From positions 806,001 to 870,000 of the forward strand of contig OY253668.1 of the NCBI GenBank assembly GCA_958009085.1: a stretch of 64,000 nt of DNA. The letters are read 5' to 3'. Below the pieces are notes generated by a model, which saw nothing but the letters and a program-made list of their open reading frames with translations, had not been told where the DNA came from and ran no database searches. Position 1 is the first letter of the stretch, and every line of letters begins with the position of its first letter. The stretch comes from Protoeuglena noctilucae (lineage: Eukaryota). Of this stretch, positions 15,190-27,467 are shown in pieces. The translations under genes were made by a program, and so were the position numbers.

Positions 15190-15924
15190 ATGGGAGTCTC
15201 AACACGCGCCATCGCTTCTCGCAGGACCGCGGGAGAGGTCTCAGCCCGCGCGGCAGCCACGGCGTCTGAGGACTCCCGCATGATCGATCCCGCCGTGCAT
15301 AACCAGAACCTGGTGCGCGCGGCGGTGGCCGTCGCTGCCGTCGCCGCGGCTGCCAAGGCCACCGAGTTCCTGCCCAGCCACCTCGTGAGCTTCGTCCACC
15401 TGGTCAGCCTCTCGACATGGCTGGGGACCACGGTCTACACGACGCTCGTCATCGGCATCGTCCTCTTCAAGCAGCTGCCGCGGCAGACCTTTGGCCGGGT
15501 CCAGAGCAAGGCAAGAAAGCAGAGCTTTGTGTGGCCGCATCAACGGTTGTGGCGACGCGTGCCGTGCCCACATCTGCTGACCAGGTCGCCCCCGCAGCTC
15601 TTCCCCATCTACTTCGGCGTCAGCGCGGCGTGCATCCTGCTCTGCCTCGGCACGTCGTTCGCCTCCGGCCACATGGCCCGCATGCCGGTCCTCCTGACTG
15701 CCCTCGTCTCCACACTGGCCAACCTCTTCCTGCTGGAGCCCGTGACGACGTCGGTCATGTACAAGATCTACGACATGGAGAACACGGACCGCAAGCAGAC
15801 CGACGAGTACAAGGCGGCGCGCAAGAAGTTCGGGGGGCTGCACGGGGCGAGCTCCCTGGTGAACCTGGTGGGCATGGTCTGCGCCATCATGCACTGCTAC
15901 GCGCTGTCGGTGGCCATGGCCTGA
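15190..15924 (+). CDS. TMEM205: TMEM205 / DUF4149 family membrane protein (GC-AG intron 15511-15597)
   Basis: HLVSLSTWLG...IGIVLFKQLPRQTFGRVQSK|LFPIYF, then NLFLLEPVTT and KFGGLHGASSLVNL. Confidence 0.9.
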   Translation: MGVSTRAIASRRTAGEVSARAAATASEDSRMIDPAVHNQNLVRAAVAVAAVAAAAKATEFLPSHLVSFVHLVSLSTWLGTTVYTTLVIGIVLFKQLPRQTFGRVQSKARKQSFVWPHQRLWRRVPCPHLLTRSPPQLFPIYFGVSAACILLCLGTSFASGHMARMPVLLTALVSTLANLFLLEPVTTSVMYKIYDMENTDRKQTDEYKAARKKFGGLHGASSLVNLVGMVCAIMHCYALSVAMA

Positions 15925-16006
15925 GCAGCGAAGTCACGCGGGATTGAATGAGCCCGTCACTACCGGAGCGGGGGCGCCAGCGCCGCGCCGTGCGTAGTAC
16001 TACGAG

Positions 16007-18157
16007 CTACTGCTGGAGGTGGTACAGGTGGCTCGGGGCGGCCCGGAAGGTGGTGCGGAGCAGGTAGGCCCGGCTGAGGAGCGAGTCGAGGTCTGCCTCG
16101 GACCACGACGCCATAGGGGGGTTCTGGAGGAACGTGATGGCGTCGCCAAAGTCCATGCCACGGAGCTCGTCCGTCCACTGCGGTGGTAGCCGCCGGGCAC
16201 GGCGCAGCGTTCGTGCAGCACGGCGAAGCACGATGCTGGGCTCGGCCAGTCGAGGTCGGGTTGAAGGGCCACCCCAGTAGCGCTGTCACCTGGACGAGGA
16301 GGGCGGTGCAGAGGTAGACCAGCCAGTCCTGGATGTCGGGGAGGGCCGCGAGGAAGGAGTCGAAGAGGCGGGGTGCCAGGGGGAAGGGGACCTCGCGGAT
16401 GAGGAGGCAGTTGATCCAGCGGAAGGCGAATTGGAGGAAGTTGATGCCGATGGCCTCGAGGTGCTGCGGCGGAACGGACGAGATAGGCTCGGGGTCAATT
16501 CGCGCGGCCCACGGCGCACACACCAGACACCCTGCTGCCGGGAACGCAAGGGGTGCATCGTGCAAGGATGGGCGCGCGTGTGGGCGGCATCGTTGCTCAC
16601 TTCGGCGAGGGGCTGGTCGATGCGTCGGCAGAGCTCCTGCGCCCGGAAGACGGTGCGCTGAATGCCGGGCTGGGAGGAGGTGTAGTGGTCGTGGATGTTG
16701 TCCAGGAGGCGGCTGAGGCACCAGTAGGTGTCTGCCTCGGCGTCCATCACTGACGCCTCTGCGACACCGATGGAGAGGAGCATGCGCTCACGATTGATGC
16801 AAAAACGTAGGACTGATTGCCCGTGTCCCCAGCTGCACCCTGCGCCGCCACCACCACCCACCGGGGAGGGAGGTGACGTCCTCCTCCGTGCACTGGTGCA
16901 TGGGCTTGGTCACGGTCAGTTGCTCGGGGAGGAACACCCCCAGGAACCCCGTCGCAATGTCGTTCAGGCCCTGCACGTACCCCGTGCCCGGGCTCCGGAG
17001 GGCCCTGCACGGTGTGACGACCCAGGGTGCGTCAGGTCACCCGGACCAAGGCAGGCTCAGAGCACCGGATGGGGTGGTACACCATTGCCTCACCGGAGGA
17101 AGAGCAGGCGACGCAGGCACGTCTGCATCCGCGCGCAGTGGAAGACCTTGATCTCCGGCGCGGTGCGGGGCGCGTCGATCGACACCTGCTTCCACGTGGC
17201 CACCTCCTCGGCCGTGCGCTGTGGAAGCAGAGACAGGGAGGCAGGGTGCGTCAGCCGCATTTACCACGACAGCTGTGCTGCTGGATGCGCGGGGCCGGCA
17301 CGGGCGCGTCACCTCGGCGTCAGGGATGCCCTCCACGAAGGCCGTGACCAGGTGCTGATACTCGCGGCGCTTCTGTGCCAGCACCGAGTGCTGCCGGTGA
17401 CGGTTCGGCGAGGCGTACCCCAGGAGAATGCGCCAGCACTGCGGCCGCAGCTCTGCAGGCGGAAATGGCATCGGCTAGACATAACATAACCACCAAAGCC
17501 AGTGCAGAGGCCACCGCGCTGCCGACCCATGCAGCGGCCGCGCCCGCACCGGATGGGATGCCGCTCCATGCCAGGTCACGCAGCGCTTCTAAGTCGACCA
17601 CGTCCGACGACAGCACCCGCGCAAACTTGGCCCGGCGCGCCCCTCCGGGAGTCGCGATGTCTGGGTACGCGGCCTCAGTCGCGCGCGCAGGGGTCCTCGC
17701 CGGGTCTCCCGTGATCCCGTTTGGTGTTGATGGCGGTTTGGGACCCGCTCCCTCCGCGCCTGCCCGCCCTCCGGCGCCCCCGGGGGCGGGAGGGTCGCTC
17801 GCCGAAGCGTCTCCGGCCTTGCGGGTCCAGGGAGCGCTGCGAGGAGGGATCATCGGACAGATTAGCGCGTCGGCGGATCAACAGAGCTCGTACGCGACGT
17901 CGCAACGGAAAGCTGGGCGCTCGCCTGCTCAGAAGGCCGTCGAAAAAGCTGGGCTTTGCGGCGCCAGGTCCGTCGCGCGCCACGGGCGGCGCGGTGGCCC
18001 GCCCCGGATCGCTATGGAGGTCCGGATATCCCAGATCGTGTGATGAGGCCGACGGGCTCGCGTCCCCGGGACCGCCGCGACTGTCGCCCTCCGCCAAAAG
18101 TGGCCCAGCGTTATGCGGCACCGGCCTGGCCGGGTCAGGGTAGTGCACGTCGTCCAT
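16007..18157 (-). CDS. TBC-domain Rab GTPase-activating protein (Gyp1/TBC1D22 type), multi-exon
   Basis: LRDLAWSGIP|ELRPQCWRILLGY, arginine finger VSIDAPRT, glutamine finger GYVQGLND, EADTYWCLSRLLDNIHDHYT and LQFAFRWINCLLIRE. Confidence 0.93.
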
Positions 18158-18608
18158 AGCCTCCAAATGTGACCTGCGCGCCCGGGCGTATCCCGGGACG
18201 CTCTTCCTGCGCCCCACCACCAATGCACCCGTGCTCGACGTGCCCACGGGCGTGACGCAGCACCTGAGTTCTACGGTGCGTCTCGCGCCATAGGTTCTCC
18301 GGTTCCCGACGATGTCAAAGTGCCGCGGCAGCGTGCGCAGGGACGCCGGGTGTTCGCCCTAAGTCACGCTGCTGGCGACGCCACTGGCGGGGGGCAGACC
18401 CGCGTTCGCTAGAGCCCCGAGCAGCGAGCAGCATCCTGGAGCAGTTCGGCCGAGTCCTTCCAGGCGCGCCTGCGGAGACGAGGGAGCCCAGGGTCGCGGG
18501 CCGGCTAGGCTGGTCTTCCCACCTCACGCTGTGCGGCTCGTGTCGCTGGAGGGAGAGATCGGGCGGCCCCCGCTGGGCGAGCAGCCCATCTAGCCGGCCA
18601 TCGCCACG

Positions 18609-21600
18609 ATGAGCGACAAGGAGTGGGCCCCCGATGAGGACTTTGAGGAGGCCATGGCGGACGCGGGGGAATCCGAGCAGGAGGAGGTGAGGGCGTCTTT
18701 GCCGCTGGCCTGGGCGCATTAGAATGTGCGTCATGCTGTGATTGTATCGGCCAGCGAAGCGGGCCTCGCGGGAGCCCGCCCGGGAGGGCCGGCCCTCGGC
18801 TTTCGCTCCCGCGCCTCGCCCCGGCACCAGGGAGCAGCCCGCAAGGTGTCTGTGTATTGGATGCGACGCGGATGGCGAAGCCGAGCACATCGCCGCGCGG
18901 GCGCGCGCGTCGCTGCTCGTTTTTGCAGGGATGCCGCTGCGCTCCCCCGGCGAGGGCAGGGCGGTCGCCTGTGGCCACCGAGACTGATATGGACGATGTC
19001 GAGGCCGCTCCGCCCCTCGCAGGAGCCGAGACCTGAGTACGAGAGCCAATCGGACGACGAGGACTTACCAGACGAGCGCAAGGCCGTGGCCAAGGCCGAG
19101 CGCCAGCGCCTGCGCATGATGCGTGAGCAGCGCAACGCTCAGATGGAGAACCTGAAGGTCGCCAACGAGGAGGCCGCCAGGGGGGAGAGCAGCAGGTCGC
19201 GGGACCGGCTTCGGTTCCTGCTGCGCCAGGCGGAGATTTTCCAGCACTTTATGCCCAAGGGGGAGATGGAGCGGGCAAAGAAGCGGCTGAAGACCAAGTC
19301 GCACCGCCAGGAGCACGCGGAGGATGAGGAGGACGCGGAGCTGCTGAAGGACGAGGACGACGACGCGGGCCAGCGGTGAGGACGCCCAGCGCCTGGCTGA
19401 GGCTCCCCGTGCATCGGTTTGCGAGCCATAGTCCGCGTGGGTGGTGGCGCAGTCGTGCACGACGTCACGATCGCGGCCCTTGGTGATGCGACGCCTCCCC
19501 TCCTGTGCCTGCAGCATCCCCCACCGTCTGGAGGTGCAGCCCTCGTGCATCAAGAACGGGACCATGCGGTCGTACCAGATCCAGGGCCTGAACTGGATGA
19601 TCCACCTCTACGACAACGGCATCAACGGCATCCTGGCCGACGAGGTGCGCGGCGCTGCCTGGCCCTGCCCCCCGCGGCTCAGCAAGCGAGGCTCACAGCG
19701 GGGCGTGGAATCGTCACGTCGGCTGGTGCTTCTCGCAGATGGGCTTGGGCAAGACGCTCCAGACCATCTCCCTCCTGGGCTACCTGCGTGAGTTCCGTGG
19801 GATCAAGGGCCCCCACTTGGTCATCGTGCCCAAGTCCACGCTGCACAACTGGATCAACGAGTTCCGGAAGTGGTGCCCGGAGATCCGCGCCGTGAAGGCA
19901 AGTGGGACTCGCGGGGCAGGGGAGAGCGTGCCGGGTGGCACGCGGCTGTGTGCGCCCTCACCCAGGCGCCGGTGCTGTGCATGGCCGGTGGTGCGTTGCG
20001 GTCGGCGAGCGACCCCCGCGTCGTCGCGTCGCAGTTCCACGGCAACCAGGAGGAGCGCGCGGTGCTGCGGGAGACGGCCGTGGCGCCGGGTGCGTTTGAC
20101 GTGTGCGTCACGTCGTACGAGATGGTGATCAAGGAGAAGGGCCACTTCCGCCGCTTCCACTGGCGCTACATCATCATCGACGAGGCGCACCGCATCAAGA
20201 ACGTCAACTCCCGCCTCAGCCAGGTCGTCCGCATGATCAAGACCGATTACCGCCTCCTCATCACGGGCACGCCCCTCCAGGTGACGCTCACCTGGCGCCA
20301 CGGGTGCCTCCCACGCGCCCGCCCCTGCCCCTGTCCTGTGCCACCCATGGAGGCAGTCCTGAGCTGCTGGCAGTTGGCACCGCGCATTCCTCGCGCAGAA
20401 CAACCTGAAGGAGCTCTGGTCCCTGCTCAACTTCCTCCTCCCGGAGGTCTTCTCGTCTGCTGAGAAGTTTGAGGAGTGGTTCCAGCTGGGCGAGTCGAAC
20501 GAGAACGAGGCAGAGGTCGTCCACCAGCTGCACAAGCTCCTCCGGCCCTTCCTGCTCCGGAGGCTCAAGTCGGACGTCGAGAAGGGGCTCCCGCCCAAGG
20601 CGAGCGTGCGAGCGTGTGCGAGCTGGCGAGCGCGTGCTGGCACGGCTCGCGCCGCCCCGGTCGTGCGTGGGCGGAGTCGCGCACCGTTGCGCTCGCCGGG
20701 GTGGCAAGCGCGCGCACGCGGGCACCTGCTGCACCCTTGCGCTTCTGTCCTCACCCCGCTCGTTCCCGCCCCGCGCCTCTCGCAGAAGGAGACGATCCTC
20801 AAGATGGGCCTGACGGAGATGCAGAAGAAGTACCACGCGGCGCTGCTGCAGAAGGACCTGGACGCGCTCAAGGGCGGCGCCGACCGGTCGCGGCTGCTCA
20901 ACGTGGTCATGCAGCTGCGCAAGTGCTGCAACCACCCGTACCTGTTCCAGGGCGCCGAGCCGGGGCCGCCGTACATCACCGGAGAGCATCTGATCCAGAA
21001 CTCGGGCAAGATGGTCCTGCTGGACAAGCTCCTGCCCAAGCTGAAGGAGCGGGGGTCGCGGGTGCTCATCTTCAGCCAGATGACGCGGCTGCTGGACATC
21101 CTGGAGGACTACTGCCTGTACCGGGGGTACAAGTACAGCCGCATCGACGGCAACACGTCGGGGGAGGACCGCGAGATGATGATCGACACGTACAACGCGC
21201 CGGGGTCGGAGAAGTTCATCTTCCTGCTGTCGACGCGGGCGGGCGGCCTGGGCATCAACCTGGTGACGGCCGACACGGTGGTGCTGTACGACAGCGACTG
21301 GAACCCGCAGATGGACCTGCAGGCCATGGACCGCGCGCACCGCATCGGCCAGACGCGGGAGGTGTCGGTGTTCCGCCTGTGCACGGACGGCACGATCGAG
21401 GAGAAGGTCATCGAGAAGGCGTACAAGAAGCTGCGGCTGGACGCGCTGGTGATCCAGCAGGGCCGCCTGACGCAGAACACCAAGTCGATGAACAAGGAGG
21501 AGCTGCTCAACATGGTGCGGTACGGGGCCGAGCGCATCTTCTCCGGCGAGTCGAGCGACATTACCGACGAGGACATCGAGGCCATCATCAAGAAGGGCGA

Positions 21601-23278
21601 GAAGGAGACGGCGCAGCTGAACGACAAGATGAAGGAGTTCGCCGAGGGGGCCATGAAGTTCTCGCTCCACGGCGACCTGTCCGTGTACGACTACAAGGCG
21701 GACGACGAGGACAAGATGAGCCGGAAGGAGGCCTTCTCGAGCCTCAAGACCATCATCTCCGCCTCCTGGGTCGACCCCCCCAAGCGCCACCGCAAGACCA
21801 ACTACTCCGACACCGACTACTTCAAGAGCACCATGGGTGGCGGGGGCGGGGGCAAGAAGAAGGAGGCCAGTCTTGTCAAGCGCACTGTCGTCAGCGACTT
21901 CCAGTTCTACAACCGCAAGCGCATCAACGAGCTCTACGACAAGGTGGGCGGCGAGGCAGGGCCTGCACCTGGGCGCGGGTCGGCCGCTCGCATGGCTCGT
22001 GCCGCCACACTGCCCTGTCCCTCGACTCCCGGTCACTGTCCTGGTTCATGCCACCCCTGTGCCTTTGCCGCCACCGTCCTCTGCGCCCTGGACCATGGCA
22101 CCTCATTCACAGTACCCAGGCGCGATGTCGGCCCCCGTCTGCCCCCGTTGCCTTGCAGGAGGAGGCCGAGCTGCGCCACCAGCACGGGGCCAAGGAGAAG
22201 GAGGACTTCCTGCGCAAGCAGGGCCTCCCCGAGGAGGACGTGAAGAAGCAGATGGATGACTACTGGGCCAGCGCGCCGCCCAAGATCACGCAGGAGGAGA
22301 GGGACGAGCGCGACAGGCTCCTGGAGGTGACTGCGAAAGGGAGGGGCGTGGACGCACGCTCGCTGGCCTGCGCTGGCCCTCGCCTGCCGCCCCCTCTGCC
22401 ACGCGGTTGCCGCCCACACACGCGCCCTGACCCGCCTTGCCGCGCAGGAGGGCGGTTTCAAGGAGTGGACGAAGCGCGACTTCGCGGCGTTCATCCGCGG
22501 GTGCGAGCGCTACGGCCGCGAGGCTCTGACGGAGATTGCCAAGGAGGTGGAGGGCAAGACGGAGGAGGAGGTGCGGGGGTACGCCAAGGTGTTCTGGGAG
22601 CGGGTGCACGAGCTGGACGAGTCGGACAAGATCATCAAGACGATCGAGCGTGGGGAGCAGCGCATCCAGCGCAACCAGGACATCATGCAGGCGGTGGCGC
22701 GCAAGGTGGCGCGGTACAAGAACCCCCTCAACGAGCTGCGGATCCAGTACGGCCCCAACAAGGGCAAGGCCTTCACGGAGGAGGAGGACCGCTTCCTCAT
22801 TTGCGCCGTCCACGAGCTGGGCTACGGCCGGTGGGACGAGCTCAAGGCGGAGATCCGCAAGTCGTGGCGCTTCCGGTTCGACTGGTTCATCAAGAGCCGG
22901 TCGCCCCAGGAGCTGCAGCGCCGCACGGACACGCTCATCCGCCTCATCGAGAAGGAGCTGGAGGATCACGACGGCACGGGGAAGGTGTGTGCAGCGCAGG
23001 GCGGGTTGCTGCGGTGTGGTGGGGCGCAGCTTGCGGGCAGCTCAGGGGACGCCGTGTATGCTCGGTGCGTGATCTGGCCGCCTAGCAGCTGCTGTCGGGG
23101 GAGCTATCCGAGGCGGTCTGGTGCCCGCCTCTGCTCGCAGAAGAAGGAGTCGGGCAAGAGGGCGACAGCGGAGGACTCGGGGGCCAACGGGTCGGGTGCC
23201 AAGAAGCGCCGCGGGCCGGCAGCTGGTGCCGGCGGCGGCAAGAGGGCCAAGTCGCAGGCATCTTCCGGGATGGCGTAA
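18609..23278 (+). CDS. ISWI: ISWI/SNF2H-type chromatin-remodelling ATPase (about 10 exons; HAND-SANT-SLIDE C-terminus)
   Basis: Motifs [51 protein letters not shown] and [15 protein letters not shown] ([10 protein letters not shown]) and SLIDE (FTEEEDRFL...[10 protein letters not shown]) domains are present. Confidence 0.98.
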
Positions 23279-23563
23279 GCAGCCGAGCGTCGCGCCCTTT
23301 CCGCATGCTTGTTATGTGCCGCTGACCCATCCAAGGCCTGTCGCCGCAGCATTCTTCGCGGCGTCATAGCTTTGCTCACGACTTTCAAAGGTGCCATCGG
23401 GAGCTGGGAGAGCCTTGGGAGCTGGGCGCCCGACACGTGACCGTCGCATGCGCTTCAGGGGCCCACCGCCCCCTCCCATCGGGCAAACACGTCGACGTGT
23501 AGCTCAAGTCCCCTGTGGATCTCTAGAGCACAGGAGCACGCCTGAGGCCTTGCATTGGCGGAC

Positions 23564-25215
23564 ATGATCGGCCCTTTCCTGGCCGTTCTCGGCAGCGCGC
23601 TCGTCGTGACCGCCCGCGCCATCACCGACCAGCGCGATGGTAAGATATTCCTGCATGTTATGCTCTCCATGCGCAGCGGCCGTGCTCGGGGTCGCTCAAC
23701 GCCCCTCGGGAACAGGGCCGAGTGCGTCGGCGCTTCCCTTCGTTCCAACGCGGTCATTGGCGATGATATCAAAGATGTTCAATTGCGCGCGTCGGCACGC
23801 TGGGCCCGGCGCTCCCTTCCCTCACACCGCGCCTGGCGGCACCCCTCCCCTGTTTGAGGGGCGGGACTCTGGACCACAGGGGGCAAAAGGGCTGCCCCCG
23901 CCCCTCATACAATGCGTCGCCCCCACGCAGTGTATGCCCTGTATCAAGTGAAGGCCGAGGTGCACGGGAGGAGCGACGAGTGGAATGGAGTCGTGGACAC
24001 CTGGTTCGGCGACGACCCTTGCGGTGCGCATGCGTGAGAGCCCACGGCAGCCACGCCCCGACCCACAGGCTGGGTAACTTTTCAGCGCGGGCTTCCTGCG
24101 CACACGCGCAGGTGACACGAGCCGCAGCGATGGAGCGTACATGTCGTCCTGGGTGGGCGTCCAGTGCCGCTTCCAGAGCGATCTGCCCGCCGATGCCGTC
24201 CGCGTGGTCACAAACATCCACATCCCGAAGCGAGGGCTGGGCGGCACGCTCCCCAAAGCCTTCGGCATGCTCCGCCACCTTCGAGAGCTCGACATGGACC
24301 ACGACAACTACCATGGCCCGCTGCCGCCCGAGTGGGGCTGCTTGAAAGACCTCAAGGAGCTGGACTTGGCGGGCAATCCGGGCCTGAGCGGAGAGATTCC
24401 CCCCGAGGTGCGTGACAGCGATGGCAGCGAGACCAGGTCGTTCTGGTCAACCTGCACAGCCTGCAATGCTTGTTATCCTGACTTCCGCTGCCGCAGTGGG
24501 GCAACCTGGTCTCGCTGGTGGATCTGAAGCTGACGAACAACAGCGGCATCTACGGCTGCCTCCCGGACGGGCTGCCCTCGTTCGAGGTCAAGTGTGGGCC
24601 GCCGCCGGCCCCGACCTGCCCGACCTTCACCGACGACCCACTCGTCGGGACGCTGCAGGCCGGCACCCAGCTCAAGCAGTACTGCTGGCAGGAGGAGCAG
24701 GCAGAGGCCCTCAAGAACGGCACGCTGCACAGGTGCGGGGTGCAGCAGCCAGAGTTGACTCTGGCATGTTCTGCATGCGGCAGCGTGAGCGATCGCCCAA
24801 CAAATGGCCTGCGTGTGGCCACACGCAGCGACGACGTCGACGCCCTCGCCCTGAAGAAGCGCCTCGTCCCCAAGCACGTGCCCCCCGTTGTCTGCCCTCC
24901 CGTTCCGGTGGGGCCCATGCCCGTGGAGGCCGGGGTCTCCCTCACGAAGCACGTCCCCGGCTCCGCGGAAGGGGTGAGGGCGCCGGCCACCACCACGGCA
25001 GTTTTTGGCTTGCGCGACATTTTGTTGCGCATGGTGCATTTGCCACACACGCCGGCGGTCGTCAGCCACAGCAGACGCCGGTGGTGTCGACGTGCGCGCA
25101 GTTCACCACCCCGGAGATCAAAGCCCAGGAAAAGGGCCAGTTCAATCATTCCCAGGAGACCAACATCTCAAACCTCAAGCAGCGCGTGGAGGCCTTTTCT
25201 GGGCCTTCTCAGTGA
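23564..25215 (+). CDS. Secreted plant-type LRR protein (signal peptide, LRRNT cap, about 3 LRRs, Cys/Pro-rich tail)
   Basis: MIGPFLAVLGSALVVTARA|ITDQRDVYALYQVK...TWFGDDPCG...WVGVQC. LRRs read LGGTLPKAFGMLRHLRELDMDHDNYHGPLPPEWGCLKDLKELDLAGNPGLSGEIPPEWGNL. The 3' exons are less certain. Confidence 0.85.
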
Positions 25216-25346
25216 GCTCCTGCGCCATTCCCGCATGCATTCACAAAGCCATTGAATCCAACATCTTATTGACGGAGTCCTTGGCACCCTGCGAGAGTTG
25301 CACAGCGGGTCTTGCCACACCAGTCCGCACATGCTGCGGCAGGGTG

Positions 25347-26221
25347 TCATGTCACGCGAGCCGTCTGCTGCACCTTCGACTTCTTCTTGTTCCTTCGCTG
25401 ACCCTGACCTCGGTTGCCCGACTGCCGGGGCTTGGCGACGGGCACAGCGGGCATCACGCTCGCCAGGTGCGCCGTCACGGCACCAAACGGGTCCCGCTGA
25501 AACTGCGCGTGCGCCACCACCGCCTGCAGGGCAGCTCATAGACACGTGACAGATGAATCATCTCCCCTAGCAGATACTCAGGTGGCAGGAGTTCGCCCAG
25601 CCAGTCTCGCCTGCGCGCGCCGCGTCTCGTCCACGGTGATGTGCTTCCTGGCGCCCAGCGTCTTCACACTTCGGCCCCTACGGGCCTCCAGGTCCTTGCG
25701 CCGCTTGGCTCTGCGCGCTCACATGCCGGATGTCAGGAAGCTGGCCGCATGCGGCCTGGCTGGGGCTGAGCCATGATGGCCTCACTTGTCGTCTGCTGCC
25801 TTCACGACATTCTTAGAGGCCTCCTCCAACGACTTGAGGACGTCGTCGAAGTCGGTTAGGGTGCTGCCTGCGAGCCAGGCGGCGCGCACGGGCCGCAGTT
25901 GCCGACCCTACACGTGCACCGGCGAGGCGGACCCAGGCGGGTCGCCGTGGTACCTGGCTTCTTCCGCTGCTTTGCCTTCTGCTTCTTCACGCCCTCCCTA
26001 GCAGCGAGGCTGCTCCTCGCCGCCTTGTCGAGGAATGCAGCCTTCCTGGGAGCAAGCGGCGACGGTGCCAAGACATGGGATGAGAAGGCAGGCCCCGTCC
26101 CCTGCTGATACCATGCCGGTCTTGACCAAACAACCCACCTCTTCTCGTGGCGGTCACGCTTCCCGACGTCGCCAGCGGCAGCCGTGCCCCTCGCCTTCGC
26201 CTTTGCAGCAGCCTTCGCCAT
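25347..26221 (-). CDS. SLX9: Ribosome biogenesis protein SLX9/FAM207A-like
   Basis: Basic protein with TLTDFDDVLKSLEE and C-terminal motif VDETRRAQ|AVVAHAQFQRDPFGAVTAHL (GC-AG intron 25524-25610). Confidence 0.8.
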
Positions 26222-26532
26222 CGGCGGCAGTGCTGGCTGCCAGGCAACACCTATGCGATCCCGCCTTGATTCTATGCGGCGCCGATGTCATAGCCGCCGC
26301 AGCTGGGATGGCCCACGGTTCCTGCGCTCTTGCCAGTAGGCGCTCCTGGCACGGGCTCGTTCCTTCCGATCTCGCCCCCTTTCCTGCGCCCCACATCCTC
26401 TGCCCACTTCGTCGCGCGCTTCGCACGTGCGTCACACGGCTGCCTTTCCGGACAGTTACTCGGACCTGGTTGCGAGCAGGAGGCCCGCTCGCAGGCGCGG
26501 CGATCTCGTCAATTCTTCGCGGGTCAAGCACG

Positions 26533-27422
26533 ATGGCGCTCAACCCGGAGGTTAAGTGGTCGGAGCTCGACGACAGGGTGTTCATCACCTTCGAGATCCA
26601 GGCGAGACGCCGCAACCCCCTACGCTGGCCTGCCTCGGATCGCTGGCCGGCGAGTCCGCCCCGCGATGCCGTGTGCGAATCGTGTTTTCTGACGCGGCGG
26701 GGTTTGCCGGTGGATGCGGCCGTGCAGGCTGCCGGGGTCCCTGGCCGCTTCTGGAACAGACCGGCTGAGCGCGCCCGCCTGGCCCCGCGCGCAGGACGTC
26801 AAATCCCCAGATATTTCCATTCTCAACAAGGATGGCAACGGACTCGTGACGTTCCGCGGGAAGACGGAAGCGGGTGCGTGGCGATCCAACCTGCGCCCCA
26901 TGGCACGCGCTTGTGCTCTCGCAACCGGAGCATTCAAAGCCCCATTCGGTCGCAGGCCAGGAGTACTCGTGCGATCTGTCTCTTTCGGGGCCGGTAAAGG
27001 AGGATGGGAACAAGATCGCCAGGTGGGGATGCTCCGCTGAAGGTCGGGACGCAGGGAGAGGGACGGGGTGCCTGCGAGCGTGCGTGGATCACACCGCCGT
27101 CTTCGATCACCTGACTTGCAGGACCGATCGGCACGTGTCCCTGATGGTGTTGAAGGAGCAGGAGGGGCGCTGGGGCAGGCTGGTGCAGGGCAAGGCGCCG
27201 ACGTTCGTCAAGGTGGACTGGGACCGTTGGGTGGACAGCGACGAGGAGGAGGAGGGCGGGGATATGGGCGGGAGCGGCTTCGACATGAGCCAGTTCGACA
27301 ACTTCAAGAACTGGGGTGACGACGCCGGGGACGCGGGGGACAGCGACGACGAGGTGCCGGGCCCGGGGGGCGACGCCGGGGCGCCCGCGGAGGAGGCGGA
27401 GGAAGCGGAGGACGTCGAGTGA
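26533..27422 (+). CDS. p23: Hsp90 co-chaperone p23 (Sba1/PTGES3-like), 4 exons
   Basis: MALNPEVKWSELDDRVFITFEIQ|DVK...WGRLVQGKAPTFVKVDWDRWVDSDEEEE, followed by an acidic Gly/Met tail. Confidence 0.95.
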
Positions 27423-27467
27423 GCTGAGCCGCTCGCCATCTATGCTAGCCGGGCTTGAAAGAAGAGC

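Noticed and set aside
20288..23085. Very long ORFs overlapping ISWI (582 aa on -, 869 aa on +) and similar shadow ORFs over tubulin and WDR90
   Set aside because: These are off-frame or antisense shadows caused by high GC3 and rare stop codons. They are Arg/Pro/Gly-rich with no motifs.
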